Below are positions 12,630-25,362 of a stretch of DNA of 64,000 nucleotides, piece by piece (position 1 is the stretch's first letter; each line of letters opens with the position of its first letter). The notes below the pieces were generated by a model that was not told the origin of the DNA, made no database searches, and saw only the letters and a list, made by a program, of their open reading frames with translations. The position numbers and the translations under genes were made by a program. The DNA is from Callorhinchus milii (Eukaryota), in the NCBI RefSeq assembly GCF_018977255.1, contig NW_024704742.1, forward strand, positions 89,034,001 through 89,098,000. The letters are read 5' to 3'.

Positions 12630-13470
12630 ATATGGATTTTCAGAAACATTTTGATAAGGTGCCTCATAGGAGGCTTGTTAAAAAAATAATTAGGACGCAT
12701 GGTATTAATGGAAAAGTAGCAACATAGATATCAAATTGATTAAAGGATAGGAAACAGGGTGGGAGAACAAGGTTGTTATTCATAATGGAGAGATGTAAAT
12801 AGTAGTGCTCTGCAGGGTTCAGTGCTAGAATAACGCCTTTTCTCCATTTATAGAACTGATCTGGATTCTGGCAAGAGGCATAATTTCTAAATTTGCAGAT
12901 AGGATGAATGTAAATAATAATAATAATTATACTTGCATTTGATATAACACCTTATATCATCAAGAGTCTCAAAACACTTTACAGGATTTACTGTAAAGTG
13001 CTTTTTAACAATATTTTGCGGACAAAACGCAACAGTCAGTTATGCAGAGCAATGTCCCACAAACAGCCATGTGACCAATTTTATTTAGTAGATTGTTGGC
13101 CAGGACACCGAGAGAAACCCTCTTCTCTTTTTGTAGAGTGCCATGAGTTCTTTAAGTCCACCTGAACAGGCAGATGGGAACTCAGTTTAACATCTCATCC
13201 GAAGGATGGCCAGGGTGTAAAGAAGTTTGAATAAAGAAGAGTGTAAGCAACTTTAGGAGGATATGGACAGATTAGTTGACTGGGCAAAGAAATAGCAAAT
13301 TAAATTTAATGCAGACAACTGAGAAGTTAATATTTATAAATCCTTAAAGGTGATAAAGCTGTCAAAAAAGCTAATGATATCACAGGTTTTATAAAATACG
13401 GATTTAGAATATTAAAGCAAAGAGGTAATGCTAAACTTACATAGAGTGGAATCCGCTTTAGCAGGATACC
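12630..13470 (+). mobile_element. CR1 LINE RT fragments, split by a minus-strand Deu-SINE (~12905-13210)
   Basis: Degenerate YMDFQKxFDKVPHxRL..HGI, QGSVL, SKFAD and LGDW-like/FN segments. Confidence 0.75.
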
Positions 13471-13620
13471 ATACCAGTTATTCTCGGGCACCAGATAAAT
13501 CGAACAAAATATCTGGCCCCGATTCATTTGTATTCTTATCCGTTTCAAATATGCTGGTTGACTCAAATAAAAATCTGGTCAATCTGTTCAAAATTCTGCG
13601 CTGGTTGCTGCTGAATGTAC

Positions 13621-14440
13621 TCACTTAGGTCTTCTCCACAAATGGTTTTTCCTCCGGCCCCCGCACTGTCTCGTGCGGTGTCCCTCAGGGCTCTGTCCTC
13701 GGTCCCCTCCTCTTCATCCTCTATATGCTCCCCCTCGGTGACATCATCCGCAGACATGGGGTTAACTTCCACATGTATGCGGATGACACCCAACTCTACC
13801 TTTCCTCCTCTACCCTCAACTCCACGACCACCGATGTCCTGACAGCTGCCTGTCCGACATCGAGTCCTGGACGAGAGATAACTTTCTCCAGCTCAACGTG
13901 CGTAAAACTGAGGCCCTCCTGATTGGCTCACGTCAGCGCCTCCGCACCTCAGGCACTGACAGCATCAGCATCCAAGGCTGCACTCTCCACCTCTCAAAGC
14001 CCTTCAGGAACCTTGGGTTCTGTTCGACCCTGAGCTGTCCTTTCTCCATCATATCTGCGCCCCAACTGGCACCGCCTTCCATCACCTCCGGAACATCACC
14101 AGACTACGGCACTACCTCACCCCTCACGCTGCTGAAACCCTGGTCCACGCCTTTATCACCTCAAGGCTGGACTATGGGAACTCTCTCCTCGCCGGCCTTC
14201 CCGGCACCTCCCTCCACAAGCTGCAGGTCATTCAGAACTCTGCAGCTCGTGTACTGTCCCGCACCAGGCTTCGGGACCACATCACTCCCACCCTCGCTCG
14301 CCTCCACTGGCTCCCCATCCCACAGAGGATCGAATTCAAGATCCTCATCCTCACCTACAAGGCCATTCACGGCCTTGCTCCCTCCTACCTCTCTGACCTA
14401 CTATCCCCCTACCTACCTGCCCGTACCCTCCGTTCCTCTG
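13621..14440 (+). mobile_element. L2 LINE internal fragment including the RT catalytic region
   Basis: [41 protein letters not shown], then LDYGNSLL..LHWLP; truncated at both ends. Confidence 0.92.
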
Positions 14441-14468
14441 GAGGCTCTGGAGTGGCTCAAGGATGTAG

Positions 14469-14688
14469 ATGGGAGGAGTTTAAGATTGATTGACAGCGGA
14501 CTCCAGACATTTCCAAGCGGCTGGAATTGGTCTGTCAATCAGTGAGGCAGGCGGAGGATTGGGGAAGAAACAAGGGAGTGAATGGGAGGAGTCAAATCAT
14601 GTTTGATTGACAGCTGGCGCTGCTCGTGAATGGCTGGGGTCCAAACCATCGCAAGCAGCTCCAAGGCTGTCAATCACCTTGGAGCTGC
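14469..14688. repeat. Two ~115 bp related units, each with an inverted pair of TGATTGACAG decamers
   Basis: TGATTGACAG at 14487 and 14604, CTGTCAATCA at 14532 and 14667; ATGGGAGGAGT precedes each unit; perfect 12 bp stem at 14655-14688. Confidence 0.75.
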
Positions 14689-14849
14689 CGCTAATTAATC
14701 GCCTTCCAATGGGAATGGCAATGGGATGGAGGAAGCCCTGCCGCTGCTCCTCTGCTGGGTGGGAAGAGGTAATGGTATTTCAGTGCACCATTATTAATAA
14801 GCCAGACAAAACGTCCTTCCCCGGTGTGTCCGGCTTAACTCGTTTCCAC

Positions 14850-15350
14850 TGTAAATCGTTAGTTAGGCCACAGTTAGAATATTGTGTCCAGTATTAGTCA
14901 ACCTACTTTAGGAAAGATGTCAAGGCAATAGAGTGGGAGCAAAGGAGGTAGGATGATACCAGGGATGAGTGGTTCAGCCTATGTGCCGAGACTGGAGGAA
15001 CTGAGGCGTTTTTCACTGAGGCAAAAGGTTTGAGGAGTGATAAAATCAATAGGGAGAAATTATTTTCACTGAGCAGTGAGTCAGTAGCGAAAGGGAATCA
15101 ATCAAAGACAGTTGTTAAACAAGAAAATAGGAGGTTAGGAGAATTTTTTCATGAACAGAGTAGTTAGGAAATGGAAAGCCCTTGCGGGAGTGGTGGTTGA
15201 GATAAACATTCATATTGGCCTTCAAGAGGAAACTGGACAGATAGCTTAAAAAGAGTCAGCTGTAGGGATATGGCGAAAGGATTGCTCTTGGGGGAAGCAG
15301 GCACAGACACGATGGGTCTATTGGCCTTCTTCTGTACCATACATTTCTAT
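14850..15350 (+). mobile_element. CR1 LINE 3' fragment
   Basis: KSLVRPQLEYCVQ motif; 3' UTR GATGGGTCTATTGGCCTTCTTCTGTAC..TTCTATG. Confidence 0.8.
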
Positions 15351-15934
15351 GGTGTTTGGGTTCTACAGGCCTGCTATTCGTCACCAGCAGCAACCCTCCC
15401 ACATACCTGACTTCACTGACTTGCACTTGAATGAACAAACATTTTCCTCAGAGAACATTAAAACTGCATGTTGCCTGGATTTGAGCAAGCACAATTTTTT
15501 AGTTAGTTAATTGCATTTAGCTGTTAAAAGAAAACAGCTATGCAACTGTCAATAATTTAGCACACATTTTGGCATCAAAATAATTTGTGTTAATTAATAA
15601 TTTTTAAATGCTTAGTATTTTGATTTTAATCTGGATCATATTTTAATCTTTTATTGATAATGCATTTCAAAAGTTCAATTATTTTGTACCTTTATTTTGC
15701 GTAAATCCATTAATTAAGAATTGTTATCGCACATCAATTTTGTAAGTGTTTATTACTAGCCTTATGCAATATTTGAAAAGACCTGTTGTCAACTATACAT
15801 TTCATGGCTTGTGACATTTGAAAATGATGCAAAGATTCCTTGTTGGCTGAATTGGAGAGGACCAATAGACAAATCTTCCCAACATTAATAGATGATCAAA
15901 TGGATTACCAATGGATAACCAAATGGATACCAAT

Positions 15935-16372
15935 GTGTGAGCCTTGCTCAGTTGCTGGCACTGTTGCCTGCGAGTCAGAAAGTTGAGCGTTCAATTCCAC
16001 GTTGGGACTTTGAACTCCCATAATCCAGGATAAAACCCCAAGCAGCACTCAAAACAGTACAACACAGGGTGTGTTGTATTGTTTGGGATGCTTTGGATGA
16101 GAGGTTTAACTAACGTTCATTCTGTGCTTGTTCAGGTGGTTCTTCGGATCCCACAGCATTATTCAAAAAGAGAAGGGAATTTTCCCTGGTGCCCTGCCCA
16201 ACAACCTCACAAATAAAATTAATCATTCACATCATGGCTGTTTATATGACTTGGAGTGTGCAAGTGGACTGCCACATTCACCTACAAATACATAGTCACT
16301 ACATTTTACAGTAAATCCTGTGAATCGCTTCGGGACATCCTCGCTCATATAAAATTATTACTATTATTATTA
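15935..16372 (+). mobile_element. Deu-domain SINE, near full length
   Basis: Head GCTCAGTTGCTGGCACT..GTTCAATTCC, Deu core GGATGAGAGGTTTAAC..GTTCAGGTGG..GATCCCACAGCATTATT, ATT tail. Confidence 0.7.
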
Positions 16373-17569
16373 TGGATTCCCATTGGATGATCAATAGATT
16401 CTCAGTAATCAAGAGGAATCCCAAATGGATTCTTAATGGATTTCCATTAGATGATCAAATTGTCCCGTTTCACCCATGAAATGACATACAAGGTGGCTTT
16501 ACACAAGGAATGCACATGCTACCTAAAAATAATAATTAACGGAGAACACTGTTTTCATAATATTATAAAATATGCTGGCAATACAAGAACAAAGACAAGA
16601 AATGTTGATAACACATAATAGGCTGATCAGCACCCGATAACATTGTAGTCATGAGTTTTATAAAAATTCAAGTCCTGACCAATGTAATTAATATTATTTT
16701 CTGTTTGATGACCATGAACCAATTTGAATTTTTTATTGAAATAATGAGAGTTGGAAACATTATCGACACTGGGTGAATAAAATGGAATACACGTGGGACT
16801 GGGCAGACAATAGGTCAGAATTGAATTGGAATACATTATTGGTGAAGAAACTTCACTCAGCTCAAAGGCTTTTTCTCCAGTGATGTTAACTCAGATTTAT
16901 AATAATAATAATGCCTCTATTTGGTATAGCTTTCACATCAGAAGAACGTCTTGAAGCGCTGTACAGGATACATTTAAAGTGGAGCGACTGTATTTTGTAG
17001 ATTTCTTGCCATTTGGTTCAATTTTTTTATATAATATACTTACATATATGTAGAAATATATTCGGTGATGCAACAACAGAGAAAACATGGGTTCAATTTA
17101 GCAGTTCATTCAAAATTCATCACATCCAATGTACTGGAGGTGGACACCCATCTCGCCTAACTCCCAACTCCATTTTTTATGGTGATTAATTAATCCTTAC
17201 ATTCAGTATACCACCTTTCACATCAGGTGGACGTCTCAAATTATATAACAGGATATGCTATAAAGTAGAGTGACTGTATGGTTCTGTGGGCAAACACAAT
17301 ACGTCAATAATAATTCAGGCCTAGGGCAGTGGATCTTCTGTTCATGGATTGTGACCTTTGATTAGTGGTGTACTGGCTACTTGAGCTTTTCATTCTGTAA
17401 AAGGTCTGTATCCCACCATCCAACAATCCAAGATTATGATCCAAGAAATGGAATGTCATTACCAATCTCTATTAATAAAGGCATCAGTTGAAAGGAAATG
17501 TGTTGAATGCATCTTTAAATTGATTCCACCAACCCCAACAAGTGAGTTCATTACTGTGCTTGCTGATTG

Positions 17570-17790
17570 CAGAGTAACATGCCTGAAAGGGTAGTGAAGT
17601 CCGATTCGATAACAGCTTTTAAGAGAGAACTGGATAGGTATCTGGGGAAGACGGGTTTGCAGGGTTATGGGGAGAAAGCTGGTGATTGGGGTTAGTGAAA
17701 GTGACTTGCTCTGTCAAAGAGCCGGTACAGACTCGATGGGCCGAATGGTCTCCTTCTGTGCTGTAACATTCTATGAATCTATGAATCTAT
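17570..17790 (+). mobile_element. CR1 LINE 3' end
   Basis: FKRELDRYL coding end, GATGGGCCGAATGGTCTCCTTCTGTGCTGTAAC hairpin, (CTATGAAT)n tail. Confidence 0.85.
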
Positions 17791-18249
17791 AAAAAACATT
17801 GGGAAAAATTGTTCTTGAGTAGAGATGGTCAGGAGCAGTTGCATAGATTAATGAACATTTCAGCAGCCCCAGTTCTGCAAGTTAACAGGAGGGGAGTGGG
17901 AAGATTCACCTCTCCCAGTGACTGCTCTATGTAACTCAGCTTTGCTGTGAACCAAATAGAAGAGAAGGCGTTTATTTTTTTCTGCATCTGGGTGACTGAA
18001 TTAATTATTGCATGAATATAAGCTTTCTGGAACACTGAAGTTTTCACATTCTTTATCGCTCTAGTGCTCCAAGATATTATCCTACATGAGGGGTGCTGTT
18101 TAAAATCAAGTTGTTATTGCTGTATTTATGCCACCATTAGGTTAATTTAGAGCAGTTGTTATTGTAATACAACTGTGGGATGAAGACGAAGTAGACACTG
18201 AGTGTGAGGTTTACCTGTAGTGAATCACAATCATATACCCAGGAAATGA

Positions 18250-18590
18250 AACAATTGAGAGGGGGCCTGATAGAGACATTCAAAACGGGAAAGGTTTCTA
18301 TAGGTTGGAATTCCAAAAGGCTGTTTCCACTTGTTGGTGAATCCAAAACGAGGGAACATAAATATAAGACAAGCATTAGTTTCACATCAAAAGGAGTTTA
18401 AAAGGAACTTCTTTACATAGAGGGTGGTGCAAATGTGGAACTCACTATGAAAGTATTTAAGTGGAATCATGCATTCACAAGAGAATATAGTGGTATTGGA
18501 GAGGGAATTAGGAGTATAAACACTGGCATAGACTAGTTGGGCAAATTGTTTATTTACATGCTGTAAAGTGCTACATAACTCTATGCAGTG
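18250..18590 (+). mobile_element. CR1 LINE 3' fragment
   Basis: LRGGLIETFK..RLFPLVGESKTREHKYK, FFT.RVV..WNSL-like segment. Confidence 0.75.
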
Positions 18591-19659
18591 GTCTTGGAGT
18601 TGAGGATGTTTATTGGAGCCAGCTGCACATGGTAATTATCAGTATATCTGGCTATCTGAATAAAAGTCCTGTGAAAGAATCAATCAAAATGTAGTACGCA
18701 ACTTAGCAAAATATTTATAAGAACATGCAAAATGCATGTGTCCACCCCTTTATGTCAACAATGCAACACGTTCTCAACAAAAATAACTTAAACAAAGTTC
18801 CATCTCATTTAGTTTATCTCTAAATGTGCATATCAATAAATGGTCAAACGGTCCTTATTCTTATACTTTTCTAAAAAAAATGACTATTTGGGGATCAAAT
18901 AACCGAGTTTGAGAGTATAATGTGAACGAATGAGTAGTTACTTGTTACTTCTAAGGTGTTACTTGTTAAAAAAAAACTTTTGCAGACAGAAAATCCTTTG
19001 GGTATTATGAAATCTTTCACATGTTTCAATCATTAAGAGCAATTGACCCAGCATGAATATGTACTGTCACTGTTCTGTGCTTTGCACCACAGAGAAACAG
19101 TCGATACTTTTTTGAACTGGAGACAAAAATGGAACTTAATATTTGATCACAATAATCTTCACAGTTTTGATGTATAATAGTTTGTTTGATTTGAAAAGCA
19201 TTCTAATGATATAGTTCATTGCATCTGGTGCTCAATGTGCTCCTGAAATGCTTGGAAACGGCTTCTAAATGCTGAATAAATAGAACTCTCAGCAAGGCTG
19301 TGTTAATGGTTCTTTCTGGCTTTTTCATGAGTTTACATTATAATGGGTCAGGTAATGGAAGCTGATTGAAGTAAGATGACTTTAGTGTTTTACTGAGGAA
19401 CAGTACATTTCCTTATTATTTAATAAATGTATTACATATTCACTGTCTCAAAATTTTCAGCATAAAGCTTCCATTATATTGGCACATTATTCAATTTAAT
19501 TTTTATTCCTTTTTGCAACACAGTGCAGGATTTTCGTAACTGAGGAATTGCATGAATGTATGTTCATTTTTTTGTCTTTAAACTGAGTATGCTTTTATTT
19601 GGGGAGCATTATAAACTGAAATGGTCTCTCTTTTGTGTTGTGACTACCCTGATCCTTGG

Positions 19660-19870
19660 AGGAATGACTTCACGCAGAGGTTGTGAGATTGTGAAGCTTG
19701 ATGCCTGAATCGGTAGTTAAATCAGATGGTATGGAAAGGAATAGACCTTCACCTAAAGAAGAAGGAAATAGGAGGGTATGTAAGGAATGGGTGAAGACTC
19801 GTGTGGGGTATAAACACCGGAACTGACTGGTTGGGCTGAATGGCCTGTTTCTGTGCTGCACATTCTTTAA
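19660..19870 (+). mobile_element. CR1 LINE 3' end fragment
   Basis: TTCACGCAGAGGTTGTGAGATTGTG and GACTGGTTGGGCTGAATGGCCTGTTTCTGTGCTG 3' hairpin. Confidence 0.7.
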
Positions 19871-19959
19871 TGCTGAATAGGAAGTTTAGAATTTTGTGGT
19901 GAGCAACTTGCTTTGTGATCTGAACAAACTGCAGCATGATACCATCCACGATCAAGTCA

Positions 19960-20530
19960 ACACTCTGGCTGTCTCGGTAGACCAGTCCCTGGACCAGGCA
20001 GATCCGCAGTACCCCAGGGCCCACACCAGTCAGCTTGACTCATCTGTAAGGCTTGGAAGGCAAATCAGTCACTGAGAGCAGAGAATCTTCCCATTCAGCT
20101 TTTGTTAATCCTGCAAGCCGAAGCCCTAACGGAAGGGTTGTCTGAGATGGACAGCAGCACGAAGCTTACTAGACTGTACTGTCAATGGGAATTTATGGAG
20201 TTTTAGCTAATTAAACTGGAGTCCACTCTGGGATCCCCAAACCTTGGCTTTTGGCAATTTAGTAATAATAATTAATCATAATAATCCTTTTGTTTGTTAT
20301 AGTGCCTTTCATGTTAGGATGATGTCCCAAAGCTCTTCACAGGATATACAACAAATTGTAGTGACAATTTATTGTAAATAATATATTCTGTGGGTGAAAA
20401 TGGCAGTCAACTTGTGCACTGCATTGTCCCACACATAGCCATGGTGTGCATTTGTGCTTAACACTCTCCGGAATTAGGTGATCAGGGTGTATCCCTCCAG
20501 AGAGAGGGTGCATATTCCATTCAAAACAAA
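19960..20530 (+). mobile_element. Family X retroposon with the longest 5' extent, interrupted by a minus-strand SINE tail (~20270-20445)
   Basis: CCTGCAAGCCGAAGCCCTAACGGAAGGGT; resumes with CTCTCCGGAATTAGGTGATCAGGGTGTATCCCTCCAG. Confidence 0.6.
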
Positions 20531-20624
20531 GGAAAATGATAACATAAAATAATAACACTTACATTGATATATAGCCTTGATATATAGCCTTATATGTTGC
20601 AACGCGTTTACAATGTTGTACGTA

Positions 20625-20933
20625 GAGTCCTGTAGCTCAGTGGTTAGAGCACTCGCCTTGTAAGTGAGTCACCTGGGTTCAATTCCAGGCAGAGGGTGAA
20701 ACCTTGGGCAAGTTTCCTTACTCCACACACCTAATAATAATCTCTCCAAAACAAAACAATAATAAATTGGTCATTTTCAATCCACGACTGTTTGTGGGAC
20801 ACTACTGTGCGCAATTGGCTGCTGCGTTTCGCCCACAAATATACGGTCAATTCACTTTACAGTCTATTCTGTGAAGCGCATTGAGATGTCTAGAAGACTT
20901 AAAAAGCGCTATATCAAATGCAAGGATTATTAT
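20625..20933 (+). mobile_element. tRNA-derived SINE with CORE-like body and L2-type tail
   Basis: GAGTCCTGTAGCTCAGTGGTTAGAGCA (A box), GGTTCAATTCC (B box), ACCTTGGGCAAGT, (ATT)n tail. Confidence 0.85.
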
Positions 20934-20944
20934 TAAAAAGTATA

Positions 20945-21160
20945 CTTGCATACATGGCAGCCAATTTGCACACAGCAATGTCCCACAAACAGCCACAAAG
21001 TAAATGACCAATTTTGTTATCAAGGAGAGTGTTGGCCAGGACACCAGGAGAAACTCCCTTCTCTCTTTGAATATGGCATGGGAGTTCCATACTGTAACTT
21101 CCATCTAAACAGGCAGGTGGTACCTTGGTTTAATGTCTCATCCAAAGGATAGCATCTCTA
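20945..21160 (-). mobile_element. Deu-domain SINE fragment
   Basis: Reverse complement: GGATGAGACATTAAACCAAGG..CCTGTTTAGATGG..GGGAGTTTCTCCTGGTGTCCTGGCCAAC. Confidence 0.7.
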
Positions 21161-21924
21161 ATGATATCCAATAATTGTGTCTCCAGCATAACATTAAGAA
21201 AATAAGCCGGGTTCTTTTTTCAATTAAAAATCTATTCGGTTTGTGGTGCACAAGAATAAATAGTTGTCAGGCAGCATGGTGTTGCAGTTCAATCGGAGGG
21301 AGGGTGCTTGACATTTATGAGGTTGCCTTCTCATAAAATGTTTAGAAGATGATTTGAGTTTCTCAACTGAATTATATCATAAAAGGGTACAGCAAAAGAG
21401 AAGGGAAATGGAATGAAAGTGCCTGTAGTTAGCTCCAGTGGAGGAGCTAGCATCAATAGAGGCTTGACACGCAGAAACCATTCTTATGCTGCAATGTTTT
21501 TCTGATTGCATGAGTTACATTCTCTGTAACAACTGGTAGCTATCTATTGTACTCTATTTATTACGTGGGCACAGCTTGCAATAAAGATAGGATAATTCAG
21601 AGCGTGTTGCGAAGCAATATTGTTATAATTTTGTAGCATTCACTTGAAAACTACAGCTTAAAAACCCAGCCAGCCATGGAAAATCGTAGCAGGCCAAAGT
21701 GTCTAATTTGTGGTGTATCCCGACAGGATTCCTTAATATGGTATGCGAGTCCCACAAAGCGGAACTCCATCTGGTAACTGAAAGCAAGTCACGTCGACCA
21801 ACAGATACTCTATTGCAATCTGCTTCTCAGCTCAGCAAGAATTCTAATGGTATTAGAGGAGAAATAAAATAATGTAAATTAGCCAGCTGTGTTTCCCAGC
21901 ATGGAAAAATCCTGTTTAGGTTGC

Positions 21925-22320
21925 AGCCTGGCTTAGTGGGTTTCCTGTGGATTTGAGCTCCACGTCAGGTGGGGTCGAGACTGACACTCTGATGAAATGC
22001 TTGGTGATGCTGTTACATACTATTACATTGGTGGAGGAGCTATCTTTTGGATAAGATGTTAAATTGAGGACCTGTCTATGCCTGATTCGGTGTCAGGTGG
22101 ACATGAAAGAGCCCTTGGCACTTTTTGAAAAGAGAAAGGAGTTCCTCCATGGTCAACAATCCTGCAAATAAAATTGGTCATTCACTCCATGGCTGTTTGT
22201 GGGATATTGCTGTGTGCAAATTGCCTACCACCTACAAAATACACCGGTAAATTCCCGTGAAACGCTTTGAGATGGCCTCTTGACCTGTAAGAGGTTATAT
22301 CAAAGATAAGGATTTTTAAT
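21925..22320 (+). mobile_element. Deu-domain SINE
   Basis: GGATAAGATGTTAAATTGAGGACCTGTC..CAGGTGGACATGAAAGA core and 3' tail. Confidence 0.65.
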
Positions 22321-22843
22321 ATTCCGGATATATCGAGGAACATATCACAGCATATTCAGAATTGCTTTGCTCATTGAGGTTCCTGGTTCATAAGTCACAG
22401 AAAGGATGATTAGAAATTCATTACTCTGGGTAAATATGCAATATCTCAACTCATATTGTTTGAGAGAATGTACCAGTTAATTGCATTCTCAGGTACATAA
22501 AGTGAAAAGCCTGGTTTTATTCAAAGCTTGTTAACATTATTTTTGTTTTAATATAAATATAGTACAAATATTTTAAATATAAAAACTGTTTGTGGAACAC
22601 TGCTGTGCGAAATTGGTTGCCACGTTTTGTCCACAAAAATACACAGTCACTCCACTTTACAATATTTTCTGTAAAGCGCTTTGAGACGCCTCAATAATAT
22701 GATAAGGCATTATATCAAATGCAATGATTATTATTATTATCATTCTCCAGTGGCGAAATCTTTTCATATGAATCTGCTGATGGTCCATGAACTTTGATTA
22801 TTGATTATCCTAAAACATCAGCCAATCATTAGGGAAGACACTG

Positions 22844-22966
22844 GGGTAAAAATTCAGTTCCGAGTTATGAGTAGCGCCTTTGCCCAGCGTAGCTATACAA
22901 TGGAGAATCCTACTGGCGGCTGACATCATCAACAGTCAAGGGCATGACTGAATGAAATTTTTACCC
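22844..22966. mobile_element. Short MITE-like element
   Basis: Terminal inverted repeats GGGTAAAAATT / AATTTTTACCC; no clear TSD. Confidence 0.35.
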
Positions 22967-24014
22967 AACTGATCCTAAACCATCAGCTACCTTCCTCATC
23001 GATTTCCAGCTTGGTGTCAAACTCCGCTACTGTTAAGCGCTCCAAAATGCTACTGCTTCGTGGAGGGGTGTTGTATAAATCCAAGTTGATGTTGTAACAC
23101 TGTTCAAGTCGATAAAGCAATTGCTAAAAATCCAAGACCTGAAGCGAAACATAATGAGTGACATATTTGGTAAAGTTTGGAAAAGCCAGTGAGACTATCA
23201 AGACGCTGATGATTCATAGAATTTCACGATCATGCTATCATCTGAAAAAGATCAGCTGCTGCTCTTGCTGGAGGCTGACTGACTGACTGACTCTGCGAGA
23301 TGCCCTTCTTCATTGTTGCTCTGAAGCATGAAAGTTACTTATTTTCTTTAAAGCAATGAAAAACTTTGATCTTGCTGAAAGCAGCTTTGGTTGAATTTCT
23401 TTCATCTCTTATGCTTGCCTGCCTGCAGGTAAGCCTGCTGTATTACATCTGTAAATTTGTTAAAATAGAATAGAGAAGAATTATAATCTGACGCGGGGAT
23501 TAACCGTGGCAGTATTAGCCTCAGGTCTTGCCATAAGATGTGGCACTTAGAGTCAGATAAGAGTCTTGGTGAGTTCTAAGAATTTAATATCAGATTTCTG
23601 CTTTAACATTGGGTATTAAGCGAACCTGAAATTCTAATTTGTTAGTGTGTGGGCCTCCTGGATTGCCACTGAACATGGACACGTCCGGAAAACAAGACAC
23701 TCCCATTGTCACCTCTAAACCAGCAAAGATCAGAGCCAGAAATGTCTTGTGTTCTTAGGCTGAAGCCCATTGTCTTAAAGTGTAGTATCGTAAAGAATTT
23801 ATCATGAGGAATCTGTCCTTCGGATAAGACTTTAAACTGAAGTCCAATCTGCCTATTCATGTGGATGTTAATGATCCCATGGCATTAATTGAAAAGAGAA
23901 GGAAGTTTCATGGCTGTTTGAGGGACATTGCTGCGTGCAATTGCACTGCCGTGTTTGCTTGCAAATACACTCCATTTCACAATAAGTCCTGTAAAGTGCT
24001 TTGAGACATCCTTC

Positions 24015-24550
24015 CAATGTGGATTACTCAAACGCACCCCTCGCCGGTCTCCCCAGCTCCACCATTCAAAAAATCCAGCTCATTCAGACCTCTGCTGCCC
24101 ATATACTGACCTGGCCAAACTCCGTAACTACATCTCACCAGTTCTGGCCGGGCTCCACTGGCTCCCTCATCACCGAACAGATCAATTTTAAGATCCTCAC
24201 ACTCGTGTTCAAATCCATTCACTCCCTGGCACCTCCCCATCTCTCCGACCTCCTCACTCCCCAATCCACCATCCGGTTCTTCCACTCAACTGGCACTGGC
24301 TTGTCCCTCACACCCTCCGCCCCACTGTTGGAGATTGCGCTTTCAGCCACGACATCCTGAAACTCTGGAACATTCTCCCTCAGACCCTCTGTCCCCTCTC
24401 TCCGCTTTTTCAAATCCCTTTCAGTCACATCCCTCCCGCCCCATTACCCCGACTCCCAACTTGGAGTCAGGCTCCGTCACTCTTAATTGCTCTGAGATGC
24501 TACCCTGCATGGAGTGCGCTATATAAGTGCAAGTTGTTTCTGTTGTTGCT
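24015..24550 (+). mobile_element. L2 LINE 3' fragment
   Basis: VDYSNAPLAGLP..IQLIQTSAA, LHWLP, INFKILTLVFK; tail GCGCTATATAAGTGCAAGTTGTT. Confidence 0.85.
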
Positions 24551-25049
24551 AAATGAAATGGAAGCATTATTATTCTTATTCTTATTTTGGGAATAGGGTT
24601 TAAATTCAGTCCCAATTTGGAATCTGCAGTTTTCTGCAGTTGTTGAATAGTTATGTACCGAAAGGCAGTCACACTAGTTGGGAGCAGCTTATGTTAATGA
24701 ACAGGGATGAAAAGCATGGGACAGCAAAAGCATGTGGGACATCAGAGGCAAGTGGAACAGGGAAGAAGTGTATGTAAGAGAATGGGTTAGGTAAAAGAGC
24801 TTTAGAGAAGAAGGAATGATCAGTGCTTAACATTTTCCCTCCAAATGATTGAATCCCAGCTCTCATTGCTTTGATTTCTCCATACATCTCAATCCTAAGA
24901 AAAATAAACCAAACATTCATAATAATGCGTCTATTTGACATAGCATCTTTCATGGCAGAAGGACATCTCAAAGCACTTCACAGGATTCAATGTAAAGTGT
25001 AGTGACTGTACATTTATAAGATAAAGATCCATATTGAAATATGGTACCT

Positions 25050-25362
25050 ATTAGCCATTCCCTTTGCTCAGCGGGTAACTGCCTGCTTCATGCCCCCACC
25101 CATAGTCCCAGTATTGGCGGTCTGGCTTTCAACCTGTTTGCCATTACTCTCTGTAACTCCAACCCAGAGTCCCTCCAACTCACCCCCTCCCTCACTTCTT
25201 CCAAGGTCCATCTCAAGACCTTCCTCTTTGACCATGCTATCAGTCATCTCTGCCCTCCCCACCCCCTCGGCTCCCACCCCCAGCTCGGGTTCCAGCCAGG
25301 ACTATCAGGCAATTTGTGATGTCCTCCTGACGTGAAAGGCGCTGCATAAATGTAAATGTTGT
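25050..25362 (+). mobile_element. L2 LINE short 3' fragment
   Basis: IGGLAF..KVHLKTFLF; GACGTGAAAGGCGCTG tail. Confidence 0.75.

Noticed and set aside
20625..20700. tRNA-like sequences with A and B boxes (also 48920, 55400, 58518)
   Set aside because: They continue into SINE bodies and tails and do not complete a cloverleaf; SINE heads, not tRNA genes
23411..23428. MLACLQ recalls the N-terminus of FAM222A
   Set aside because: Only six residues, with no continuing similarity; insufficient for a gene call
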